Source: an uncultured Desulfarculus sp.
GTDB taxonomy: Bacteria > Desulfobacterota > Desulfarculia > Desulfarculales > Desulfarculaceae
Reading direction: 5' to 3'
DNA: 64,000 nt
Assembly (NCBI GenBank): GCA_963665125.2
Contig: CAXXUK010000001.1
Span: 960,001 to 1,024,000, forward strand
The notes beneath the pieces were generated by a model. That model was not told the origin of the DNA, ran no database searches, and saw nothing but the letters and a program-made list of their open reading frames with translations. Made by a program: the position numbers and the translations under genes. Shown piece after piece: positions 9,353-19,319 of this stretch; within the stretch, counting starts at the first letter, position 1, and every line of letters starts with the position of its first letter.

Positions 9353-10006
9353 TTACGGCATTTCCAGGATATAGCTGTACATCAGCATGAAGTGACAGAA
9401 GCTGCCGGCCAATACGAAGAGATGGAATATCTCGTGATGGCCGAAGACCTTGGGCCAGGGATCGGGCTTCTTGATGCCGTAGATCACCGCGCCGATGGTG
9501 TAGAACACGCCGCCGCCGGCCAGCCACAGCAGCCCGCCCAGGGGCATGCGCTGAACCAGCGGATACACGGCCACGACGACCACCCAGCCCATGCCCACAT
9601 AAAAGGTGGTGGAAATCCAGCGGGGGGCTTCCAGCCAGAAAATCTTGAAGGCTATGCCCAAGACGGCCAGTCCCCAGACCACGCCGAACAGGCTCCAGCC
9701 CCAGCCGCCCCGCAGAGCCACCAGACAACATGGCGTATAGGTTCCTGCGATCAGCACATAGATCATGGCATGGTCGATGGTGCGAAATATCCGCGTGCCT
9801 TTTTCCGAAAGCGGAAGAAGATGATACAGCGAACTGGCGGTGTAGAGCAAAATCATTGATGAGCCGTAAATCGAAAACGAAACCACATGCCAAGCCGTGG
9901 CGTTGATAGCCGATAGCGTCACCAGAAGGGTGAGCGCGGCTACGGAAAATAACGCTCCGACCAAGTGTGTAAAGCCGTTGACCGGCTCTTTGATACTCAG
10001 GACCAT
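9353..10006 (-). CDS. Hemolysin III / PAQR family membrane protein (TrhA-like)
   Basis: EPVNGFTH, ASSLYH, DHAMIYVLIAGTYTP, HEIFHLFVLAGSFCH. Confidence 0.93.
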   Translation of the reverse strand: MVLSIKEPVNGFTHLVGALFSVAALTLLVTLSAINATAWHVVSFSIYGSSMILLYTASSLYHLLPLSEKGTRIFRTIDHAMIYVLIAGTYTPCCLVALRGGWGWSLFGVVWGLAVLGIAFKIFWLEAPRWISTTFYVGMGWVVVVAVYPLVQRMPLGGLLWLAGGGVFYTIGAVIYGIKKPDPWPKVFGHHEIFHLFVLAGSFCHFMLMYSYILEMP

Positions 10007-10392
10007 TTAACAGCACCTCTCAATCGAGTAAATCATACAACATTAGGCTCATCATATAATAAAACAGTAACTATCCGATTCGTCAAACCGGAACCGCGTT
10101 CAGCGGGAAAATGACACGTTTACAGGCGCCTATAATAACATTAATAATTCTGAATGAAGCTTCATTTTTCCTTGACAAAACTGGCACAAACGTAGAAATT
10201 TTGAAAGTTCGTAAAAAAGCGGAATGTGCACTCGGCGTTTGCCGGTTCGCGGCAAACGATTGCGCCGGGACGCCCATTTCATGCTTTTTGAAGGGTTAAG
10301 GAAGTAAAACCGCCTGGAGGCGGAGCAGCTCGCCGGCTGATTGCTCATCCGGCTGCATATTACCTACAGGCCCACAGAAAGGGGTGAGTTTA

Positions 10393-12213
10393 ATGGGACT
10401 CAATTTCTTCAACCGTGACGATCGCGACATGAGGTTTGTCCTGCTCGACTGGCTGGATATGGACAAGATTCTCAGCTACGAGAAGTTTGCTGATTTTGAG
10501 CTGGACGACTTCAGCATGATGCTGGACGAGGCCTTCAAAATTTCCCGCGATCTCATCGGCCCGACCTTTAAGGACGGCGACGAAATCGGCGCACAGTACA
10601 ATGATGGCGTGGTCACCACGCCTGATTCATTCAAGCCCGCCTTCGAGGCCATGGCCGAAAACGGCTGGATCGGCATTGCCAGTGAGCCCGAGTACGGCGG
10701 ACAGGGCATGCCCGCAACGGTCGCCGGCGTGATCAACGAATTCTTCAACTCCGCCCACTTTGCCTTCATGACCTATGTAGGCCTGTCGGTTTCCAACTCC
10801 GGTGTTATCTGCAACTACGGCACCGAAAAAGACAAAGAGATGTTTGTGGAGCCCATGTTGACCGGTCAGTTCGGCGGCACCATGTGCCTCACCGAGCCTG
10901 ACGCCGGTTCCGACGTCGGCGAGATCCTGACCAAGGCCAAACCCGACCCGAACAGCGACGATCCCCGCGTCTACCTGATCGAGGGCGTCAAACGCTTCAT
11001 CACCTGCGGTCGACACGACCTGGTGGATGTCATCGTGCACCTGGTCCTGGCCAAGATCGACGGCGGCCCGGCCGGCACCAAGGGCATCAGCCTGTTCATC
11101 GTTCCCACCAAGTGGGTCAATGAAGACGGTTCCATCGGCGAAGACAACGACGTCTTCTGCACCGGCATCGAGCACAAGATGGGCATCCACGGCTCGGCCA
11201 CCTGCTCCATGAGCTTCGGCGAAAACGGCAAGTGCCGCGGTATCCTGCTGGGCGAGCCCCACAGCGGTATGGCCAAGATGTTCCAGATGATGAACGAAGC
11301 CCGCATCGGTTGCGGTGTCCAGGCCAACGCCGCCGCGGCCGCAGCCTACGACAGCGCCCTGCAATACGCCAAAGAGCGCGTCCAGGGCCCGCCCTTTGTC
11401 GATCGCAAGCAGCCCCCCGTGGAGATCATCAACCACGAAGACGTCCGCCGCATGCTGATGAACCTCAAGGCCGGCACCGAAGCAGGCCGCGCCCTGATCG
11501 CCTACAACTTCTGGATGGTCGACGTGGCCGAAAACGACCCGGACGAGGAAGTTCGCAAGGCCTATGGCATGCGCTCCGAGCTGATGACTCCTCTGGTGAA
11601 GTCCTACATCACCGACATGGGCGCCCAGCTTTGCCGCGACGCCATGCAGGTTTTGGGCGGCGTCGGCTACTGCGCCGAGTTCCCCATTGAGCAGCACTAC
11701 CGCGACATCAAGATCCTGAGCATCTGGGAAGGCACCAACTTCATCCAGAGCCTGGACCTGGTCGGCCGCAAGCTGGCTATGGACGGCGGCAAGGTCTACC
11801 AGAACTTCATCAAGGAGATCATGGACTTCTGCGGCAACCTGAAGGAAGACGATGACTTCGGCGCTTCCTCCAAGATGCTGTTCAAGGCCATCCAGGCCAC
11901 GGCCGACATCTCCATGAAGTACATGAACTACTTCGGTGAAGGCAAAATGCAGCTCATTCCGCTGAGCAGCACCCGCTTCCTGGACTGCCTGGCCGAGTGC
12001 ACCATGGGCTACCTGATGCTGCAGCAGGGCGTCAAGGCCCGTGAGAAGCTGGCCTCCCTCAAGGAAGGCAGCGCCGAGCATACATTCCTGACCGGCAAGC
12101 TTCAGACCGTCAACTATTTCTGCAAGAACTTCCTGCCCAACGTGTTCGCGCGTCACACCGCGATCAGCCAGGAAGACACCTCCGCCATCGATATCGCGCT
12201 GGAAGCTTTCTAA
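10393..12213 (+). CDS. Acyl-CoA dehydrogenase (long, about 600-aa type)
   Basis: GTMCLTEPDAGSDVG, GTKGISLFIVP, EHKMGIHGSATC, IWEGTNFIQSLDL; strong codon bias. Confidence 0.95.
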   Translation: MGLNFFNRDDRDMRFVLLDWLDMDKILSYEKFADFELDDFSMMLDEAFKISRDLIGPTFKDGDEIGAQYNDGVVTTPDSFKPAFEAMAENGWIGIASEPEYGGQGMPATVAGVINEFFNSAHFAFMTYVGLSVSNSGVICNYGTEKDKEMFVEPMLTGQFGGTMCLTEPDAGSDVGEILTKAKPDPNSDDPRVYLIEGVKRFITCGRHDLVDVIVHLVLAKIDGGPAGTKGISLFIVPTKWVNEDGSIGEDNDVFCTGIEHKMGIHGSATCSMSFGENGKCRGILLGEPHSGMAKMFQMMNEARIGCGVQANAAAAAAYDSALQYAKERVQGPPFVDRKQPPVEIINHEDVRRMLMNLKAGTEAGRALIAYNFWMVDVAENDPDEEVRKAYGMRSELMTPLVKSYITDMGAQLCRDAMQVLGGVGYCAEFPIEQHYRDIKILSIWEGTNFIQSLDLVGRKLAMDGGKVYQNFIKEIMDFCGNLKEDDDFGASSKMLFKAIQATADISMKYMNYFGEGKMQLIPLSSTRFLDCLAECTMGYLMLQQGVKAREKLASLKEGSAEHTFLTGKLQTVNYFCKNFLPNVFARHTAISQEDTSAIDIALEAF

Positions 12214-12237
12214 GCCAACCGGACATAAAGAGGCAAT

Positions 12238-12279
12238 TACCGCCCGGACTCCCGCTTGGGGGCCCGGGCGGTCCTTTTT
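12238..12279 (+). terminator. Probable intrinsic terminator
   Basis: ACCGCCCGG...CCGGGCGGT stem followed by a T run after the acyl-CoA dehydrogenase stop. Confidence 0.6.
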
Positions 12280-12399
12280 GGGGGGGCTTTGGCGCACCGC
12301 CTCACTGGATGGCCCCTTACATTCGGTCCATGATTGACCCGGGCGGTGCCGCAGTTACGTCGGCCCGCGAATGTCAACATCACGTAAAGGGGGGAAATC

Positions 12400-12891
12400 A
12401 TGAAGTTGCTTGCCAATTTGTTGATCATATTGCTCGTCCTGCCGGTTTTGACCGGCTGCGCCACCATGGAGGAAAAAAAGGCCTACTACGACGCCAACGT
12501 GCAAATGGCCAAGTTGCAAAAGCCCTTGTTGTTGATCAGAGCAAAGCAAGGCCAGCACATCGAACTCAAGGGAGTTGAAGAACTGGCCGTATACGCGCCC
12601 GGTGAAAAGGGCGTGGCCCAGTACCGTGATGAAGCTATCGCCGCGGCCCGGGACGCGGCCGGGGTCATCGGGGCAATCGCCGGCATCTATGTGGGCGGCG
12701 AGGCTGCCGTTCGCCTGGTGGACGCCGCGGGCAAGGCCGCCGGGACCCACATCAGCGGTAGCTTCAACGGCGGTTCGGGCCAAAGCAGCGTGAATTGGGC
12801 TCCGGGCAACAGCACCGGCGACACCAGCATAAGCACGCCCAGCGACAGCCACGACGACAACAGCGACAACCACGATGAAATAGTGGAATAA
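12400..12891 (+). CDS. Hypothetical lipoprotein
   Basis: Lipobox LTGC; Gly/Ala hydrophobic segment; Ser/Asp-rich tail. Confidence 0.7.
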   Translation: MKLLANLLIILLVLPVLTGCATMEEKKAYYDANVQMAKLQKPLLLIRAKQGQHIELKGVEELAVYAPGEKGVAQYRDEAIAAARDAAGVIGAIAGIYVGGEAAVRLVDAAGKAAGTHISGSFNGGSGQSSVNWAPGNSTGDTSISTPSDSHDDNSDNHDEIVE

Positions 12892-12906
12892 GTTCGCGGA
12901 TAAAAT

Positions 12907-12934
12907 TCAAGAAAGCTAAAGCCAGTGCCGATGA
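12907..12934 (+). promoter_or_regulatory. Candidate sigma28 (FliA) promoter
   Basis: TCAAG-N15-GCCGATGA, about 50 nt upstream of the ORF at 12987. Confidence 0.5.
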
Positions 12935-12986
12935 AACTTATATGGGCGGATTCATTCCGTAGCCGAGCGGGAAAGGCAGTGGCGAT

Positions 12987-13250
12987 ATGAACAGTATATC
13001 AGGCAGTTTCACCAGCCTGAGCCAGCAAGAGATTCAGACCCTGGCCAAGGAACTGACAGCGGAGGCCACCAAGGCCACTGAAATGATCCAGGCCTTTGAC
13101 AAGGCCAATGATATTATTCAGAATCCCAAAAAAAACGGCATGACCCTGCAGGAGTCCATGAAGGCCACCTATGACTTCAACGTCAAGGTCCTCAACAGGG
13201 ATATGATGAATCGCATGGGCAAGGCCCTGCACATAGACACAGAAGTTTAA
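12987..13250 (+). CDS. Small hypothetical protein, possibly YjfB/motility-associated-like
   Basis: 87 aa, C-terminal GKALHIDTEV; sigma28-like promoter upstream. Confidence 0.55.
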   Translation: MNSISGSFTSLSQQEIQTLAKELTAEATKATEMIQAFDKANDIIQNPKKNGMTLQESMKATYDFNVKVLNRDMMNRMGKALHIDTEV

Positions 13251-13320
13251 CAGTACGATCAGACTCAACGCAAACGGCCGGGCATAGCGCCCGGCCGCTG
13301 ATTTTTGGTGCTGTGGTTAT

Positions 13321-14103
13321 TTACCAGGCGCGCACGCCCGGGGCTGGTCCGTCCGCAGGCGGTCCGGCAAAGCACTGGGCCACTTCCATCCATTTGCGGG
13401 CCGCGTCTCCCTGAACGGCTAGGCCTGTGTCATCGACGTGCCTGCGCTGGGTGACGACCAGGCAGAAGTCCTGGGCATCGCCTTTGATGCTCTCCGCGCC
13501 GTCTTCAGGGCCCCAGGACCAAAGCTGACCGCCGGGCCCTTCGAGTTCCACGCGGATTTGCGCTTCGGGTTTTTGCTGGCCGTGTACGGCAAAGCTCCAG
13601 CCGTATGTGGTCACGCCCAGGTGGGCGATGTGCTGCAAGCGGTCGGTGGGCTCGCGCCGGATTTTCAGGGCGTCGTAAATGTCCTGGCCATGGGCCCAGG
13701 TCTCCATGAGACGGGCGGTGGTAAAGGATCGGGCGCTCATGGGCGGGCCGTACCAGGGCAGGCGGTCCTTGGGGCCAAGTGGCTCAAGGGCGGCCAACAG
13801 CGCGTTGCGTTCATCGCGCCAATAGGCCAACAGCTCGCTATTGCCCTTGTTGTTGACCTTGCCGAACATTTCATCCCAATTGTCGAGATTAGCAAGTAAC
13901 TCCTCAACGTGTTTGCCAAAGGCCTCGGCATCAGTGGCGGCAAGGCGCCCGGTGCCGTCGAAGTAGGCGATGTGGGCAATCTCGTAATGAACATCCCAGT
14001 GTAAAAACGGCACCTTCAAGGACCAACCGGCATCGTCCAGGCCTGTAACCACCGCATCCAGTGAGTCGTATTCAGCTCTCAGGTCCGCGCATATTTGTTT
14101 CAT
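13321..14103 (-). CDS. TIGR03084-type DinB/MDMPI-superfamily metal-binding protein
   Basis: EIAHIAYFD, PWYGPPMSARSFTTARLMETWAHGQD, DFCLVVTQRRH, AQCFAGPP. Confidence 0.85.
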   Translation of the reverse strand: MKQICADLRAEYDSLDAVVTGLDDAGWSLKVPFLHWDVHYEIAHIAYFDGTGRLAATDAEAFGKHVEELLANLDNWDEMFGKVNNKGNSELLAYWRDERNALLAALEPLGPKDRLPWYGPPMSARSFTTARLMETWAHGQDIYDALKIRREPTDRLQHIAHLGVTTYGWSFAVHGQQKPEAQIRVELEGPGGQLWSWGPEDGAESIKGDAQDFCLVVTQRRHVDDTGLAVQGDAARKWMEVAQCFAGPPADGPAPGVRAW

Positions 14104-14208
14104 CGTGCACCCCTTTGAAAAGTAATCGTGTTGCGGCCCATGAATTGTAAACAATGTATATGAAGCAATACAAGGTTTACTCGACGATGGGGTGAGTGTT
14201 TTTTTGCC

Positions 14209-14568
14209 TTACGGTTGATAGGTCCAATCCGGCTGCACACCGCCAAGACATGAACCAGTAGACAGGTCATAGACGCATTTCTTGGTTGCCTTGCCGTCGG
14301 GCGATACAAGCATGGCCGCCTGGTTTTCCCGGCTGGGATAGTTTTCGCCAATGCCGTGGGTATAACTGATGGTTACCTGCTTCCAGCCGTCCTGGCTGTC
14401 TGCCACGGAGACGACATCAAGGTTGAAGAGTTGCCCCTGTTGGCTCTTGATCCAGAATTGATCAAATAAATCAAGGTATTGTTCGTTTTCGCCGCCGCCA
14501 GTTCCGCAGGAGCAAAGCGTGATGAGCGCAAGCGCCAACCCTAAAACCAAAAATCGTGAACGGATCAT
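14209..14568 (-). CDS. Hypothetical lipoprotein
   Basis: MIRSRFLVLGLALALITLCSC signal and lipobox; only the last 119 aa of the 291-aa track ORF are plausible. Confidence 0.6.
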   Translation of the reverse strand: MIRSRFLVLGLALALITLCSCGTGGGENEQYLDLFDQFWIKSQQGQLFNLDVVSVADSQDGWKQVTISYTHGIGENYPSRENQAAMLVSPDGKATKKCVYDLSTGSCLGGVQPDWTYQP

Positions 14569-14727
14569 TTTTTCCACCTGGTGCTTTGGTTGATCTTTCA
14601 TCTGGATGATTATCCTAAAATAGCATTGTTTCGAAAAGGTTTTTTGACTCGATTGGCGCCGGTTTGTTTGTTGTTTGAAGGCCATGGTTGGTGGCATGAT
14701 AAACCATATTAACCAAAAGGAGCTGGT

Positions 14728-15450
14728 ATGAAAAAAGCGATTCTCATAATCGTGGCCCTGGTCATCGTGGTTATCGGCGGGGCTATCTGGTTTACTATCA
14801 GCAACCTCGACAGCATCGTCAAAGAAGTGATTGAAACCGCGGGAACCAAGACCGTGGGCACCAAGGTTGGGGTGGGCTCGGTAAGTATTTCGTTGAAGGA
14901 CGGCAAGGCCACTATCAAGCAGTTTACCGTGGCCAACCCGGCGGGGTTCTCTTCGGCGCCGGCCATCAGTTTCGGCGAGTTGACCATTGACATTGACTAC
15001 AAGACCGGGGCTGTCCAAAGGATATACACGGGCACACCGGCATTCGTCTTTGAACAAAAGGGCGCACAGAGCAATTTCGGTCAATTACAGAAAAATATCC
15101 AAACGGCAACCAAGAGCGAGCCAGCCGCAAAGGAAGAACCAAAGGAAACCGGCAGTCCGGAAGACACGATAATCCAGATTGACGATTTCACCATTGAAAA
15201 CGCCTCGCTCAAGGTCATCTCGGACCAGCTTCAGGAGCCAAAGGAGATGACGCTTAAGCGACTGAGCGTCAGTAATCTCAAGGGTACGCCCGCCCAAGTG
15301 GCCAAGCAGGCCATGGGCCAGATCGTGGCCAAGATAATGGCCGAGGCAGCCCGCCAGACCGTGACCGGGGCAATCGAGGGCAAGGCCGGTGACGCCTTGG
15401 AAAAGGGCAGGGAAGAGGTTGGCGGATTATTAAAAAAGCTGGGCCAATAA
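14728..15450 (+). CDS. AsmA-like membrane-anchored protein
   Basis: N-terminal TM, NLDSIVKEVIE...GTKVGVGSVSISL, VANPAGFS; AAGGAG RBS. Confidence 0.7.
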   Translation: MKKAILIIVALVIVVIGGAIWFTISNLDSIVKEVIETAGTKTVGTKVGVGSVSISLKDGKATIKQFTVANPAGFSSAPAISFGELTIDIDYKTGAVQRIYTGTPAFVFEQKGAQSNFGQLQKNIQTATKSEPAAKEEPKETGSPEDTIIQIDDFTIENASLKVISDQLQEPKEMTLKRLSVSNLKGTPAQVAKQAMGQIVAKIMAEAARQTVTGAIEGKAGDALEKGREEVGGLLKKLGQ

Positions 15451-15468
15451 AACAAACGCCAATAAATG

Positions 15469-15506
15469 GCAAAGGGTCGGCCGGTTGGCCGGCTCTTTGC
15501 TTTTTT
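15469..15506 (+). terminator. Probable intrinsic terminator
   Basis: GCAAAGGGTCGGCC...GGCCGGCTCTTTGC followed by T6. Confidence 0.65.
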
Positions 15507-15612
15507 AAGCAATCAATTAACATATTGATATATATAGCCGCTTTTTGGCATGCTTAATTAGTTGCCGTGTCAGAACAATACCGTAAATGTAATGAAAAGA
15601 GCGTAATTGCCG

Positions 15613-18600
15613 ATGGGTAAAAAAGGCATTGATCGCAGGCAATTCCTGAAAAGCACCGCCATAACCGTGGCAGGGGGCGGCATGGCCCTGGGTATGGAGC
15701 CGCTGGTCACCAAGGCGGTGGCCTCCGAAACGCAGCTGCAAAAAGCCCGCAAAACCACCACGATTTGTCCATACTGCGCCGTCGGTTGCGGTCTGTTGGT
15801 TTTTACCGACAGGGACAGCGGCAAGATCATCAACATCGAAGGCGACCCGGACCATCCCATAAACCAGGGCGCGTTGTGCGCCAAGGGCGCAGCCCTATAT
15901 CAATTGGCCGTAAACAACAGCCGCGTGACAAAGGTCCTTCATCGAAAGCCCAAGGACGACAAGTGGCGGGAGGTCAGTTGGGACTGGGCCATGGACCGCA
16001 TCGCCCATTTGACCCAAAAAGACCGCGATGCCTCGTTTGAGCGGATCGACAAAAACGGCCGCACCGTCAATCGCACCACAGCGATCGCCCACGTCGGTTC
16101 CGCCGCTTTGGACAACGAAGAATGCTGGTCCTTGCAGGCCCTGATGCGCTCCTTGGGGCTGGTGTACATCGAACACCAGGCCCGAATATGACACAGCGCA
16201 ACCGTAGCGGCTCTGGCAGAGTCGTTTGGAAGAGGGGCCATGACCAACCATTGGATAGATATCCGTAACTCGGATTGTATCCTGGTCATGGGCTCCAACG
16301 CGGCGGAGAACCACCCCGTATCGTTCAAGTGGGTCACCAAGGCCCAGGAGGCCGGGGCGAAGCTGATCCATGTGGATCCGCGTTTCACCAGGACCTCGGC
16401 CAGGGCCGATATTTACGCACCGCTCAGGCCGGGCACGGACATCGCCTTTTTAGGCGGCATGCTGAACCATATTCTGCAAAACGGCCTGGAGCACCGGGAG
16501 TATCTGGCCAACTACACCAACGCGTCGTTCATTGTGGGGCCGGGCTATTCGTTTCATGACGGCCTTTTCAGCGGTTTCGATCCCCAAAAATGCCGCTATG
16601 ACAAGGGACAGTGGGATTTTGTCCGGGATGAAAACGGGATGCCCCGCCGGGACAAGACCCTGGAAAACCCAGGGTGCGTATACCAGGTAATGAAGCAGCA
16701 CTACAGCCGCTATTCGCCCGAGGTCGTCTCCCGCATCACCGGCACATCGGAAAAGGATCTGCTCAAGGTCTGGCGGGCCTACGGCTCAAGCGGCGCCAGG
16801 GACAAAACAGGCACGATAATGTACGCTATGGGTTGGACCCAACACACCGTGGGCGTGCAGACGATCCGCCTGATGTCCATGATTCAACTCGTTTTGGGCA
16901 ACATCGGCAGGCCCGGCGGCGGGGTCAACGCCCTGCGCGGCGAAAGCAACGTCCAGGGTTCCACGGACCACGCGATCCTATATCATATCCTGCCCGGATA
17001 CTTGCAGACGCCAAAGGCCGACCTGGCCAACCTGGAAGAATATTGCAAGCGCTTTACACCCAAGGCCAACGATCCACAGTCGGCCAACTGGTGGCAAAAC
17101 AAGCCCAAGTACATGGTCAGCTATCTAAAGGCCGTGTATGGCGACGCAGCCGATGAGCAAAACCAGTGGGGCTACGATTGGCTGCCCAAGACCGAACCGG
17201 GCCGCGGCCATACCTGGGTCGAACTGTTCGAAGACATGCACCGGGGCAAGATCAAGGGGTTCTTTGCCTGGGGCCAGAATCCGGCCTGTTCCGGGGCGGA
17301 TGCCGGACGGGTGCGGGAATCGCTGGCCAAGCTGGACTGGCTGGTCACCGTGAACCTGTTTGACAATGAGACAAGCTCGTTCTGGCACGGTCCCGGCGTT
17401 GACCCGGCCACGATAGACACCGAGGTGTTTTTACTGCCCGCTGCGGTGAGTGTGGAAAAAGAGGGCTCGATAACCAACTCGGGCCGTTGGATGCAGTGGC
17501 GCTACAAGGCCGCCGAGCCGCCTGGCCAATGCCGCCCGGACGGCGATATCGTCGTGGACCTGCACAGGCGCCTTAAGGCGCTTTACGGCAAGGGCGGCGT
17601 GTTCGGTGAGCCGGTTTTGAATTTGCGCCTGGACGGAGACAAAGACGGCAGATTCGACGCGGCGGCGGCGGCAAAGCAGATAAACGGCCGCTTTGAGCGT
17701 GACGCAGTAGTAAAAGGAAAAAAATTCAAAAAGGGCGATCAGGCGCCGTCGTTCGCCTATCTCACCGGCGACGGGGCAACGTCTTCTGGTAATTGGCTCT
17801 ACTGCGGCTCATACACCAATGACGGCAACATGGCCGCCCGGCGCGATCCGGCTGACCCGACAGGCATGGGCATGCATCACGGCTGGGCCTGGTGCTGGCC
17901 GGTCAACAGGCGCATCCTCTACAACCGGGCGTCGGTGGATTTAAACGGCAAGGCCTGGTCGCCGGGGAAAAATATCCTTGAGTGGAAGCAGGGCAAATGG
18001 GTGGGCGACGTGCCGGACGGAGGCTGGCCGCCCATGCTGGTGGACCCGGCCAAGACCCGGCTGCCGTTCATCATGAAGCCCGACGGTGTGGGCTCGGTAT
18101 TCGGGCCGGGGCTCAAGGACGGGCCCATGCCAGAGCACTATGAGCCCATGGAATGTCCTGTGGCGGTGAATTTGTTGTCGAGCCAATTGACCAATCCGGC
18201 CGTGGTAACCGGTCAATTTTGCCAGGCCCGCCTGGCGACCTGCGACCCCAGGTTCCCCATCGTCGCCACCACCTACCGGGTTACCGAACACTGGCAAACC
18301 GGCGTTATGACCCGCTGGCAGCCGTGGCTGCTGGAGATGCAGCCCCAATTGTTCGTGGAGATGAGCCACGAACTGGCCCGCGAGCAGGGCATCAAAAACG
18401 GCGGCATTTGCCGCATAAGCTCCATCCGCGGAAGCCTGGAGGCCGTGGCCATTGTGACCCCTCGCCTGCGGCCCATGATGATAGAGGGGCAGACCGTGCA
18501 TTTCGTGGGCCTGCCCTGGTGCTACGGCTGGGTGCAGCCTAAGGGCGGCGGCGATTCGGCCAACCTGCTCACGCCGTCGGCCGGTGACCCCAACACCAAA

Positions 18601-18654
18601 ATACCGGAAACCAAGGCCTTCATGGTCAATGTTGAGCGCGTGGAAAGAGGCTGA
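15613..18654 (+). CDS. fdnG: Periplasmic formate dehydrogenase-N-type alpha subunit, selenocysteine-containing
   Basis: Tat signal IDRRQFLK; CPYCAVGC 4Fe-4S motif; in-frame TGA at 16189-16191 in EHQARI-U-HSATVAALAESFGRGAMTNHW; track ORFs 15607-16191 and 16240-18654 share one frame. Confidence 0.96.
16206..16226 (+). promoter_or_regulatory. Bacterial SECIS hairpin
   Basis: AGCGGCTCT-GGC-AGAGTCGTT stem-loop with G in the loop, 14 nt after the TGA. Confidence 0.8.
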
Positions 18655-18656
18655 TC

Positions 18657-19319
18657 ATGGGCGGCAAGTATTTTTTGGTGGATACAACCAGGTGCACGGC
18701 ATGCCGGGGATGCCAGGCGGCCTGCAAACAGTGGAACAAGCTGCCCGCCGACAAAACCAAACAGCGCGGCAGTTACCAGAATCCCAAGGACCTGGGGCCC
18801 CATGATTGGCGCCTGGTTCGTTTCGCCGAGCACAACGGCCGCCGCTCGGGTTTGCGGTGGCTGTTTTTCAGCGATGCCTGCCGGCACTGCCTGGAGCCGT
18901 TTTGCAAGGAAGAGGCCGAAGAGTACGTACCGGATGCGGTGCGGATAGACCCGGCAACCGGAGCGGTGATCTTTACGGCAAAAAGCAGCAAACTTGCCGA
19001 TCACTTCTCAGACGTGCGCGATGCCTGCCCGTACAACATTCCCCGCAGGACCAAGGATGGCGGCAGGGTGTATAAGTGCACCATGTGCCTGGACAGGGTC
19101 CACGAGGGCCTGCAACCGGCCTGCGTGGCGGCCTGCCCCACCGGTGCGCTCGTGTTCGGCGACAAGGCCGAGATAAGCCGCCTGGCCGATGAGCGGCTGG
19201 ACCAGGCCCGGCAGCGCTACGGCCGGGGCGAAATTGTCGACCGGGATGACGTTCGCGTTTGGTATCTGGTCCTCTACGACCCAGGTGTATACGGTTCGGG
19301 CGCTCTGCCTATTGACTAG
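18657..19319 (+). CDS. Formate dehydrogenase beta (4Fe-4S) subunit
   Basis: CTACRGCQAAC, CRHCLEPFC, CPYNIP, KCTMC...PACVAACPTGAL; 2 nt after the alpha subunit. Confidence 0.92.
   Translation: MGGKYFLVDTTRCTACRGCQAACKQWNKLPADKTKQRGSYQNPKDLGPHDWRLVRFAEHNGRRSGLRWLFFSDACRHCLEPFCKEEAEEYVPDAVRIDPATGAVIFTAKSSKLADHFSDVRDACPYNIPRRTKDGGRVYKCTMCLDRVHEGLQPACVAACPTGALVFGDKAEISRLADERLDQARQRYGRGEIVDRDDVRVWYLVLYDPGVYGSGALPID

Noticed and set aside
10230..10280. c-di-GMP-I riboswitch (GGCAAAC...GGGACGC)
   Set aside because: Lacks the GNRA-capped P2 and the following GCAAAGC/P3; the GGCAAAC belongs to a simple hairpin
10627..12297. 556-aa antisense ORF, and similar shadows over glgC, valS, ycaO and eno
   Set aside because: Mirror frames of strongly codon-biased genes with no recognisable motifs
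14569..15084. N-terminal 170 aa of the 291-aa minus-strand ORF
   Set aside because: Overlaps the AsmA-like gene in antisense; a signal peptide begins only at 14568
15607..18654. fdnG as a pseudogene or two separate genes
   Set aside because: The single interruption is an in-frame TGA at the catalytic Sec position with a SECIS hairpin behind it
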